Assembly: GCA_051294375.1 (NCBI GenBank)
Contig: JBJCIZ010000607.1
Span: 1 to 13,588, forward strand
Length of the DNA: 13,588 nucleotides
Origin: Paraspadella gotoi
Taxonomy: Eukaryota; Animalia; Chaetognatha
Direction: 5' to 3'
In this document: positions 1 through 9,311 of the stretch, piece after piece
How the letters are laid out: each line of letters starts with the position of its first letter
Numbering within the stretch: the stretch's first letter is position 1
Translations under genes and position numbers: made by a program
The notes under the pieces: generated by a model
The model's database searches: none
Seen by the model: only the letters and a program-made list of their open reading frames with translations
Told to the model about the DNA's origin: nothing

Positions 1-140
1 CTATTTTCTCTTCATTATTTTTATAGTTTGCTTTAGTTTCTTGAAAGCATGTTTTCTGTTTGTCTCACTCTTTCATCAAACCATGCACCATAAATATAAA
101 TATCAATTATACAATATTCGTCATCTAAAGCACTGTTCTT

Positions 141-360
141 TATTACGTTTATAGTTAAGTGAAAGCAAAGTTTATTTGTTTACAACAAAGCAGCGCTTTT
201 TATTTTTAAAAAAAGGACATGTTTCGACTCGTCACGCCAAGCGCTGATCGGTAGACTCGGAAAAACTCAGGAGTCGAACAATGTCCGTTTTTCTGGAATA
301 TAAAAACCGTTGTTTTGTAAACAAATAAACTTTGTTTTCTTTCTTAGATCTTATGCAATA
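141..360. mobile_element. Palindromic (fold-back) MITE-like element
   Basis: caaagtttatttgtttacaa (166-185) is the exact reverse complement of 315-334. ggacatgtttcgactc (215-230) pairs with gagtcgaacaatgtcc (271-286). Weaker pairing extends to about 141/360 around a ~40-nt spacer. No clear TSD. Confidence 0.75.
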
Positions 361-1091
361 ATACATCACTTTATTAATTGAATTTTTTAATGATCGCATT
401 GCAATCAAGAAGAGCTTATTAATTAATTAACCATATTTTTTTAAATTTTATTTCAACAGATAAAGTATATCATCGATCGACGGATCAGTTTACGTGAATA
501 GCCTCAATGCTTTTTCAAAGATTCATTGCCTTCTATTAGTTTATATTTTTAAATGTTTGTTAATAATTTTTTTTATTTTATTCATTCTTTTTTTTTAATT
601 TTTCATTAATTTCGGTCTTTATTATATTACCTATCTTTGCTTCATTTTTAAAAATGTTGAAAGAAAAAGCTAAAAAAAGTAAAAGAAGAAGATCTATTTA
701 TCTTTTTTATTAGCAAAAAATAGAATATTATTGCATGTAAAAAATTTGATTTGCAAAAATACATATATGCAGCATGCATATTTGATATTTCAAAATATTC
801 TTTGATGTAAATGCTTATATTAGCTGAAAGGAGAAAACCGAAAACAATTGGGAGAAAGTAAGTAAAAAAAATACCGGAAGGGCAAGAACAAAAATGAATA
901 ATAGATTACAAATACGAAAAAGATTAGAAAAGAGGTTGAAAATAACCACAAGAAAAAATAGGGAAAATGTAGAAACAAGAGAGAGGGGGCAAAAATATAG
1001 TGAGAAGAAGGACGTGGAGAATAAAGCGAAAAAATTTTTTTCTTTTAAAAATTCAAAGTTTTTCATAACAAAGACAATTATACTTGAGAAT

Positions 1092-1193
1092 TAACCGAAT
1101 TTAACCGTTAAAATAAAATATATTAACGGTTTAAGTTAAAATTAATTTTTAACCGTTAATAACCGTTAACTGTTAACGGTTATCGGAACACTA
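1092..1193 (-). mobile_element. Terminal fragment of a hAT-like non-autonomous DNA transposon
   Basis: Cluster of AACCG/CGGTT subterminal motifs in both orientations, ending cggaacacta. On the minus strand this reads TAGTGTTCCGATAACCG, a (C/T)AGTG-type start typical of hAT TIRs. The partner end was not found in the window. Confidence 0.55.
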
Positions 1194-1492
1194 GTTCTGT
1201 CATTACTGTCTCTTCAAAATCTTAATATTTTTCATAGTAAAAGTTTCACTTGTTATTTGTTAACAAAAAAGATTGTTTAAAATTATTCTACCAATGAATT
1301 ATATGTCTAAAGAGAGTATTTTTATAAATAATAACAAATGTAAAATTTCTAAAGGAAGGAAGCGATGTGCACTCGAAACCGAAAGCGATCCGGGCCAAAA
1401 AAAGTAGGGATTGCACCCGAAAACGGGAGCGGGAGGGGTCTTGGAAGCGCCGGATTGGCAGCGGCGGAAAATCGATCGCTTCCACATCTCTG

Positions 1493-1588
1493 GCCATATG
1501 TCTGAAGGGCTCTCAAAATTTTTCTTTATATTTTATTTGGTTATTTTAATATGATACAATCATGGTAAAGTGAATTAGTCCATTTTGG
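1493..1588 (+). repeat. Dispersed repeat family A, copy 1
   Basis: gccatatgtctgaagggctctcaaaatttttctttatattttattt...atcatggtaaagtgaattagtccatt closely matches 13416-13497 in direct orientation. Confidence 0.85.
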
Positions 1589-2675
1589 TGAAAATTTTAA
1601 TAAAAGTAAAAGTAAAAGAGGAGCTAATGATCGGAATTCTAAGAGTTTTCAGCCGGGAGTCAGATTCGGGAAAAATCTTCTATAGCAAAAATCTTCCAAA
1701 GAAGGGGTGGATTTTCCAAAGATTTTGGTTAATATTTTCTATATTTATGGTCAGATTTTTTTGAAACTTAACAATAGCAATATTGCATCATTCTACATTG
1801 GCCGGTCAAAGAATATATTAAAAAAACCTCTGGCTTTTTTCGTCAGAGCTTAATCCTACGAAAGAAAATCTCCGTTGAAAAAATCTTCCTTAACTTCGAA
1901 GAGCGACATAAACTCCTAATAAACGCTTTGGTGAGTCGTCTGTATGTACTACAATTCAGTTGATCGCTTTTTTTGCAACTTATAAAATATGCTTAATTAA
2001 TATTTTCTATAAAAAAATGTTTCTCTCTCTTTCATCATTTATTATTTATCATCTACAGAAAATTATAAACATTTTTTGTAGAAAACAATTTATAAATTTT
2101 TTTTTCTCGACCTCACCTGTGTAATTGCATAACGTCCGAATGAAAATATACATCAAAATTAAAGAAGTGAAGGCGACAAATACAGTCTTTTTTGTCATCC
2201 AAATTTTTATTTTCATGGGCCACATTTTGTATCTAGATTTAAATTAAAAAAACAATCACAATTGCATAAGAAAAATCTGGATTGGTGACAAATTTTGATA
2301 CTAAATACTTTTGCGATAGCAAAATGATACCCCGTGTCCGTTCGCAAATGACACCAAAAAAATCTTTACTATACTTTAAATATTTAATAAACATAATTCA
2401 TAAGTACATCATTAGTTAGGGAACTACTTGACGTTTTTTATGTATAAGTTTCATTTCGTGTTTAATTCATTTACTATTCTTTGTTTAATTTTTTATGTAA
2501 CACAGTAAAATTGGAAAAAAAAGACCAGAATTTTTAAAAGATGTCATATCATAAGAAATCCCTTATCAATGTCGTATCTGAATTATCGTAATGTTGAGTA
2601 ATTTTTTAGTAATCATTTTTTATTCATTTTTTTAATTGTAAATCTTAAGTTTTCTTTATACAATTCGTCCAATTG

Positions 2676-3113
2676 AAAAACAAGTTTGAGCAAACAATGT
2701 CGGATCTGCCTACGATAATTAATCGGTAATCAGCTAATCAGATGATAAATCACAAAATTTTTTAAAATTTTTTTTTAACTTACATCATTTTTTCAACTCG
2801 CATAATTTTTTCAACTTGCATCATTTTTTTCACGCACATAATTTTTTCAACACATAATTTTTTCAATTTAGATCATTTTTACAATTTACATCATTTTTAC
2901 AATTTGCATCATTTTTTTAACTTGCATCATTTTTTAAAAGTTTATATCTAGCTTCTTCACACAATTTCCTACCCGTACACAAAATTTCATCTCAATCTAT
3001 TATGGGTTAAAATAACACAGTTATGATTCTTTCTTTTCATTGTGTTTTGACTTTACGAAAAAACAGTTTTTATTATGCAACAACAATTTTTTTATTATGT
3101 ACAGATCGGACAA
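2676..3113 (-). mobile_element. Helentron/HINE (DINE-1-like) non-autonomous element, copy 1
   Basis: Inverted subterminal motifs tgtcggatctg (2698-2708) and cagatcggaca (3102-3112). The minus strand starts TT+subTIR and ends subTIR, small hairpin (gtttg-ct-caaac), cttgttttt. It carries an internal tandem array, and a homologous copy lies at 11068-11736. Confidence 0.6.
2777..2935. repeat. Minisatellite, ~17-19-bp unit (aacttgcatcattttttc), about 9 degenerate copies
   Basis: Repeated catcattttt/cataattttt cores at regular spacing inside the HINE-like element. Confidence 0.9.
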
Positions 3114-4484
3114 GTTTCGACTCTATATCAAGAGTCTTCTTCAGCGAATTTGGCAATCAACAATTTTCTTTCTTTAAGAGGAAAGGTCATTCAACTTAAA
3201 ATGCGTAATATTTGATGTATTAGAGCTAATACATCGAGAAATACTTCGTAATCACCAATAATCACCAAAAAAAGTTTTTATTTATATGTAAACATTCTGT
3301 TCTAAATATTTTTTTTTTAAATCGGTAAATAACAAAATTATTAAATTAAATTGGTAAGCACATTTTTTAAAGATTTGTTTTTCAATCTGGTTGTTAAAAA
3401 AAATTCTAGGTAAGAAGGTAAATCACGGTAAAGGCAAATTTAGAAGGGGAGAGTTAAACAATTAATCTTGTTACTCTGTTGGTTTTCCACTGAGTATTGT
3501 CAACTATATATTTTGTTAATAGAGATTATAATTTTTTGACAGTTATTATTGAAAATAGTTTAGCTTTATCACGACGAGTTTTCATTTCATACAATCAATA
3601 TCAGTCTCATTCATTTTGAACCAGATGAACAAAAGACTTTAGTCTTATTTCAATTGAAAAAAAAACAGAAAGTTAATTGATGCTTAATCATACTCTAACA
3701 AAACAATTTTAATTCTATCACGCCACTTTTTTCTTAAGGGGACCCAGTGATAAAAATAATATCATAAGCTTAAGGGTCTATCATCAAAGGAATTTGAATG
3801 GTAATAATCGTTAATTTTTCTTTGCACGAGAAAGTGGCTAATAAATTCCTATCTCTTATTGTAGCGGAAACAAAAATTTAATAATTATGAAAAAAAAATT
3901 TAGTTGATCCTATCTAAATATGTATATGATCTAATATTTTATTTTTGCATTCGAAAATATTTTTACTAAATTCCAAATTTTTAATTTTTATTGTACAAAG
4001 CTACAATTTTAGGTTTAAGCCTCATTGAACAAAGGCTTTATAAGAATATTATATTTTTATTTTTATATTCACTTAAAAACAGAAAAATCAGACCTAAATT
4101 CTATTCTTACAGAAACAAAACTGTAATAACTATTAATTAATATTCATATTCATCCTTTAAACGTATTATTAAATTATATTAATTCCTAACTATAATAATT
4201 AGGAATTACAAAACTTTTTTTATATTTATATTACTTTTAAGGGTTTTATTTTTATCCAATTAACAGAATCCTTTAAAAAAAGTTTAAATAAAATTAGTCG
4301 ATACCTTAAATTTTAATTCATTCCGAATTTTTTTTTATTATAAATTTTTGTCATAAAAGCTGAAAATCTTTTTAAAATTAGATTAGAGATGTGCATCGTT
4401 TGAATCGAAGCTCTGATCAAGATTTTTTTATAATTCACTTCTATTCAAAACTGCATAGTAAAAGCCAAAACAAATTATGTCAAT

Positions 4485-4899
4485 ATGGGCAGATTTCGAA
4501 AGCTTGGCATTTTGGGAAGCCAATGGAGGTAGAGCGCAATCGAAATTCCCATTTTATTATGCCCTAAAATGGTATTTAAATGGATTGGTCAGGCCGTTTT
4601 TTCCCTATACCAAGAAAACCTCCTGGCTCTTGAGTAAAAAAGACCAAATCATACATATCAGTACAGTTTCCGAAACCTTATTGTAGCAAGATCACGAGTT
4701 TCGCGAGAGGGGGGATCAGGTTTCCGAGAATCTCGGCTTTTTTTATGGTCTCGCCTCGATTCGAACGGCATGCCCGTAATAAATAGTATAAAAATGGGCA
4801 TATTTCGAAAGCGTGGCGTCTTGGGAAGCCCTTGCCGGTGGAGCGCGAGAAAAATTCGGTCATCTTGACATGAAAAAATGGACCTAAAGTGGACTGGTT
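4485..4899 (+). repeat. Diverged ~105-bp direct repeat pair (4485-4590 and 4794-4899) within a larger degenerate repeat block
   Basis: atgggcagatttcgaaagcttggcattttgggaagcc...gagcgc...aaatgg...tggattggtc versus atgggcatatttcgaaagcgtggcgtcttgggaagcc...gagcgc...aaatgg...tggactggtt, offset 309 bp. A third partial copy ggtggagcgcacgaaaaattc lies near 5165. Confidence 0.85.
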
Positions 4900-5582
4900 T
4901 TACGATTTTTTTACTTCGCTATCTTTAATTACATCGTTCTTCTAATATATGTTGATTATTTTTTTTTACCTTACACATTCTGATAGATTGGCGTCTTGGC
5001 TAAGACAGGGTATCTTAATTTGTTTATATTTTTGCAAGCTTGCTTGTTTAATTTAACAATCAAATGAACTGCTTTTTCGGCCATTCATTCGAACGTAACG
5101 CCGATAGTATTTTTTAATTTTTATTTTCCCTTCGGCGAGATTAGGGTTTTGTCTTCTGTTTCTGGGTGGAGCGCACGAAAAATTCAAGTGTTTTTTTTTA
5201 AAATCCGAAGAAAACAAAGGGCTTTGGTTTCGATTAACATTTAATATTGGACCCGACCGAGCATAATGACTCTATCGTGAAATCCAAATCCGAAAGCCAT
5301 GGCCTTGCAACGCGGTTTCCGAAAGAGGATTTTTGTGGCTCGTTTGTTTTGAAACATCCTTCCCACTTTTTTAGATGAGATTTTTAAAAAAATTAATATA
5401 ATATTGGTTATTTATTAAGTATTTATCATTTTTTAAAAACGTTTTGTGGATAATTCGCGTTCTGTAGAAGACGAAAATAGTAAGAATAAAAATAAGAACG
5501 TAAAGAATTGTGACATTGTAAGAGAAGTAAAAAAGAAGTAAGATGAGCTCTCTCCTGATCCACTTTTATCAACGACAAGTGA

Positions 5583-6120
5583 AAAGAACCCCCTCCTCGA
5601 CCTAGCGGAGAAGGAGAAGACGTCGGGAGAGAAATCGTGCTGAAGACCGGGACCGCAGGCGCCGTAAAGTTATAAGTTTCTTATCCACTTGGAGTCTTGA
5701 TATTTAATGGGTACCTTAATAAAATAATCAAAGCATATAGATATTGCGGTTGTTCTATATCTATATGCTTTGATTATTTTATTAAGGGGCTAAATTATAC
5801 TTTCGCCGACCGCGGTTTTGGCGGCTTTTGAAAAAAAAATTAAAAATATTTATTTAAAAAAAAAATACTCAATTACCCTAAACCCTCTAAACGCTAACTA
5901 CCCCTAACCTTAAACCACCCCTAAACTACTTTTAACCCTAACCCCTCCCTAACCCCGGTTGGCGAAAGTAAAAGTAACCCTATTAAGGTACCCATTGAAT
6001 ATCAAGACTCCAAGTGAATAAGAAACTTATAAACTTTACGGCGCCTGCGGTCCCGGTCTTCAGCACGATTTCTCTCCCGACGTCTTCTCCCTCTCCGCTA
6101 GGTCGAGAAGGGGGTTCTTT
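5583..6120. repeat. Long near-perfect inverted repeat (fold-back), ~162-bp arms, 12-nt loop, right arm interrupted by an insertion
   Basis: 5583-5744 is the reverse complement of 5757-5787 joined to 5989-6120, with 4 substitutions and 1 single-base indel counted by eye. Loop tgcggttgttct at 5745-5756. No TSD seen at the outer ends. Confidence 0.95.
5788..5980. mobile_element. 193-bp MITE with 8-bp TSD, GG/CC termini and internal telomere-like repeats (Merlin-like by structure)
   Basis: TSD tattaagg at 5780-5787 and 5981-5988; the intact left arm of the palindrome shows the empty site. Imperfect ~30-bp TIRs: ggctaaattatactttcgccgaccgcggtt and aaccccggttggcgaaagtaaaagtaaccc. Degenerate ccctaa/ccctaaa array at 5874-5956. 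The superfamily is inferred only from TSD length and GG ends. Confidence 0.85.
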
Positions 6121-6371
6121 ATAGCTGGTGAATCTACGGCCGGGAACTCGTCTTCAAAAGGCGTGGAAGAACTCGTAATTCACGCAGGAAATAAATTCAA
6201 TAACTTTCAGATAAACTCGCCACATGAAATCATCGGTCTGCGGATTATAGTGTAAAAGAGCTACGCCACGCGGGATTACGCGAGGGCAACGAGGGCTATC
6301 TTCTGTACCGTGATCGCTCGCCCAGTTAATTTCGTCTTGCTCTTCAGCAAGTTACAGCCGTAGCTTTCTTA

Positions 6372-6428
6372 GCGACGCACTCTGTTCTCGGCGACGCACT
6401 CTGTTCTCGGCTACGCACTCGGCTCTCG
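6372..6428 (+). repeat. Three tandem 19-bp units (gcgacgcactctgttctcg)
   Basis: Two identical units (6372-6390, 6391-6409) and one diverged unit (6410-6428), ending exactly at a candidate splice donor gttaat (6429). Confidence 0.9.
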
Positions 6429-6511
6429 GTTAATATTTTTTTTTTATTTCTTTTCATTTAAAATTTTTTTTATATTATCTATTACACTCATATTCTTTAA
6501 TCCTTTCAGAG

Positions 6512-6760
6512 ATGAATACCCAGGGACAACCCATTTTAGATGTAAGTTGTAAGTTTTTTTTAATAAATATACAAATTAATCTCGCTCTTTTAATACTTAT
6601 ATTTTTTTTTTGTTAACTTTCAGCATTTTCTTTTGGCCGTTTTATTTGCAAGATTATACCTATTAATAATGATATGCTTTTATTTTTACAGGTGGTTTTG
6701 GCTACAATTGGCGACACACCATCAACAACTGGGCTTCGGAGGTTGCGGCAAGCAGGTTAA
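6512..6760 (+). CDS. Candidate spliced micro-exon gene for a small, possibly secreted peptide (exons 6512-6541, 6624-6638, 6692-6760): MNTQGQPILDHFLLAVVLATIGDTPSTTGLRRLRQAG*
   Basis: Acceptor tttcag ends at 6509, ATG at 6512, donor gtaagt at 6542. Acceptor tttcag ends at 6623, a 15-nt exon follows, then GT at 6639. Acceptor tttttacag ends at 6691. All junctions are phase 0 and the joined frame is open to TAA at 6758-6760. AATAAA at 6787-6792. An alternative donor at 6756 could splice to the acceptor tttacag ending at 6897. No homology recognised. Confidence 0.45.
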
Positions 6761-6911
6761 TTTTTTTTGCCACTCTACGGTGTTCCAATAAAAATATATT
6801 CAATATGGAGTGTAAATGAAGTTCATTCAAGTGTCATTTATCAGAAATAAACTATTTTTTAACAATTATTTATCTATTAAACTTTATAAATTTACAGATG
6901 ATATCATTGTG

Positions 6912-7200
6912 TATCATGATGGAAAAAAAAAGTGTCGCGGTTACTTTCCAGTTATTTTTTGGCATTTTAGTGTAAGAATCGAAAAATAAAATTTATATAT
7001 CAAGAAACTTTGGCCTTTTGTGATTCATATAAGCTGTGTCTCATTTATGTATGACAAAAAATACAGGAGTTCCATGTAAAAGAAAATGCGTTAAGGAGGT
7101 CATATTATTTATTAAAACTTATTTATTAGCCAAAAAATATATTTGACAATAAAATTAATGGGCTTTTCCAAACCGCGACACTTTTTTTTTCATCATGGTA
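6912..7200. mobile_element. TA-flanked MITE, Tc1/mariner-type structure
   Basis: ~30-bp TIRs tatcatgatggaaaaaaaaagtgtcgcggtt (6912-6942) and aaccgcgacactttttttttcatcatggta (7171-7200). TA dinucleotide at both ends and a non-coding AT-rich interior. Confidence 0.8.
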
Positions 7201-7260
7201 TAAAACTAAGACAATCAAGTTTTATATCATGGTGGACTAAAATTCACCAACTGTTCATCA

Positions 7261-7450
7261 GCGGCCTTTGATACCGGAGGCAAGTCATTCGCCTCCCAAA
7301 CCCATAGGTCCGGGGTTCTAGCCCGGTGGTTGCCTAGCAGTTATTAGGGACGAGGCGCTTAATCTGCCTGTAACATGGTGTTACAGCCTGATCCGAAGCT
7401 CAGGGACTGCTTATATTGAACGGTTCTGTCACTAACACATAACAATAATT
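7261..7450 (+). mobile_element. tRNA-derived SINE-like element (tRNA-Gly-like head, structured body, simple-repeat tail)
   Basis: 7261-7334 has acceptor-like pairing gcggcc/ggttgc, an anticodon-like ttcgcctcccaa as in tRNA-Gly(CCC), and a T-arm ccggg-gttctag-cccgg with a degenerate B box. A hairpin-rich body follows at 7336-7411 and an A/C-rich tail aacacataacaataat at the end. No TSD identified. Confidence 0.6.
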
Positions 7451-7772
7451 ACTGTCTCTTCATATTCAAAATTAGCAAATTAATTGAATGTATTTGTGCC
7501 AGTTACGACATCAATAGTAATTTGTAATCAGATTAGTTTTATTTTTTTCAAACTTTGGAATGGGCGAGATGTCAAAAAATTATTTAGCTTGCAAATAAAG
7601 TATAATCCTTTTTGGTTAATTTTAATTGATTAAATTGCATCATTATTTTTTCAAAATTTTCTTTAGTAAAAATTGAATTTATAAATATTTACTTGCATTT
7701 AGTTTTTAAAAACTTATCTATTTTTATCTCGCCAGACGGGCGTGATAATCGTTTAGAACTGCTTCTTTGTGC

Positions 7773-7903
7773 CGTCGTCGGCGTTGTCGTCGTCGTCGTC
7801 ACACTTTGTTTTATCTTTAAAAACGAGTTCTCTCTGCAGCGCCTGTCCAATGGCTGTCCAGCTTCTCTCTATCTTTCTCTCTCTCTCTTTTTCTCTCTCT
7901 CTC
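7773..7903. repeat. (GTC)n and (CT)n microsatellites
   Basis: Imperfect (gtc)n at 7773-7800 and an interrupted (ct)n tract at 7864-7903. Confidence 0.9.
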
Positions 7904-7934
7904 AATCATACACGCATTTGTTTATTTTTATTTA

Positions 7935-8160
7935 CAATGAATAATTATCATCACGTCAATGAATGATTATCATCACGTCAATGAATGATTATCATCACGT
8001 CAATGAATAATTATCATCGCATCAATCTTTTGGTTATCATTGAAACAATTATTTGGTTATCATCACATCAATCCTTTGGTTATCATCGCATCAGTCATTT
8101 GGTTATCATCGCATCAATATTGGGTTATCATCTGATCAATATTTGGTTATCGCATCAATA
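7935..8160. repeat. Minisatellite, ~10 units of 22-23 bp with core ttatcatc
   Basis: Four 22-bp units caatgaat(a/g)attatcatcacgt, followed by six units of type caatc-tttggttatcatcgcat. Units are head-to-tail with no unique spacers. Confidence 0.95.
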
Positions 8161-9012
8161 ATCAAGGGAAGTGAAAAAAAATGTTAAAAAATCTGCCCCA
8201 TCGAAGTTTTTTATTTCACACTTTTAAAATGAATGATACAAAATAATAGATATTTCTTATTAGATTTTTACATTTGTCTAAAAAATCGGAATATTCTATA
8301 AAGTAAATATAATCCTTAAGTATTTCCTCACCCCACCCCCGTCTAGGATGGTGGGCGTGGCCGGATCCGCCGCCAACTCCAAACTTCAAACCCAAACTTT
8401 CAAACTCAGATGGCTGAACCGAAACAAGACCCTGTAAATGATCATGTGTTTCTTGAATGTTTTTTTGACCCGTTTCCTTTGATTTTGAATACAAATTGTT
8501 TTTGCCTTTTACTTTTGAAAAAATCTTTAATTCTTTGTTTTAAAACAATGGTCAGCAGCAATACAGTGATAAATACAGATTTTAATTAATAGGGAAAATG
8601 GGAAAATAAATTATAAAAGGTTAGTTTTTGTAACGAGCATTAATAGGAGCTTACTGACAGTACATTAATTTGTTTGTTTAATATGGTAAATAAACGTTGG
8701 TCTTTATGCGAGTAACACTAAATGAAGGACGGAGGAGCAAGAAGAGAATTCCGAGCTAAACCATCATCCACGTAAGTCAGTTGTCAATGTCCTCACTAAA
8801 TGTCAGCAATTTTGTTAGTATAATATATCTGGGTAACTTTATTATTCGACGTCCGCAACCAACTTTAGCTACCACCGCCGGTCGGTGCTTTGTTTTCCCT
8901 CTAGCATCGAGTCATAGTTTACGCATTATACTTTTTTTTGGTTCAGTAATACAAATTTTATAATTTAATAATAAATAATAATTTTAAATTTATTTTAATT
9001 GCTATTTATTTA

Positions 9013-9258
9013 TTTGTTTATGTACGCGTTTTATAAAGAAACATAAATTTCGAGCATGTTTCAGCTTTAATGTAAGATTTCCTTAGCGTAAAAACGATTT
9101 GATTGATGAAACAAATATTTTCAGACTTTTTTCTCTTTCTCTCTATCTTCAAATTTCAAAGTCCGTGAACATATTTGTTTCACAAATTAATTCGTTTTTA
9201 CATTGTAGCAGAAACATGTCCGAAATTTGTTTCTTAATGAAACTCGTACGTAAACAAA
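9013..9258. mobile_element. Degenerate palindromic MITE-like element
   Basis: tttgtttatgtacgcgtttt pairs with aaactcgtacgtaaacaaa, gtaaaaacga with tcgtttttac, gaaacaaatat with atatttgtttc, and gacttt with aaagtc, around a ~28-nt spacer. Confidence 0.8.
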
Positions 9259-9311
9259 CAAGGAAATGAAAAACAATATTTTATATTTTTTAAACGATTA
9301 AACGGTTAAAT

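Noticed and set aside
815-1094. ORFs 815-1066 (-) and 894-1094 (+)
   Set aside because: Products are F/L-rich or K/R/E-rich shadows of a purine-skewed low-complexity tract, with no recognisable domain.
1288-1549. Three overlapping short ORFs
   Set aside because: They overlap dispersed repeat A and a GC-rich repeat fragment, are open in several frames on both strands, and show no protein-like signal.
3735-3780. Kolobok/piggyBac-type TTAA-GG ends
   Set aside because: No matching inverted partner end was found, and TTAAGG is frequent by chance in this composition.
4477-4863. ORFs 4477-4686 (+) and 4678-4863 (-)
   Set aside because: They lie in diverged direct repeats whose two copies do not keep a common reading frame.
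5874-5956. True telomere or chromosome-healing site
   Set aside because: The tract is short, degenerate and enclosed by TIRs and a TSD, so it is transposon cargo.
7261-7334. Functional tRNA-Gly gene
   Set aside because: The anticodon stem does not pair (ttcgc versus accca), the D-arm is degenerate, the T-loop deviates from TTCGA, and no oligo-T terminator follows.
7336-7411. Hammerhead ribozyme in the SINE body
   Set aside because: ctgatcc and cgaag resemble but do not match the required CUGANGA and GAAA core, and they lie within one hairpin.
7693-7966. ORFs with poly-V/poly-S and SL repeats
   Set aside because: They are translations of (GTC)n and (CT)n microsatellites.
7935-8160. CRISPR array
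   Set aside because: Units are head-to-tail with no unique spacers, there are no cas genes, and the context is eukaryotic.
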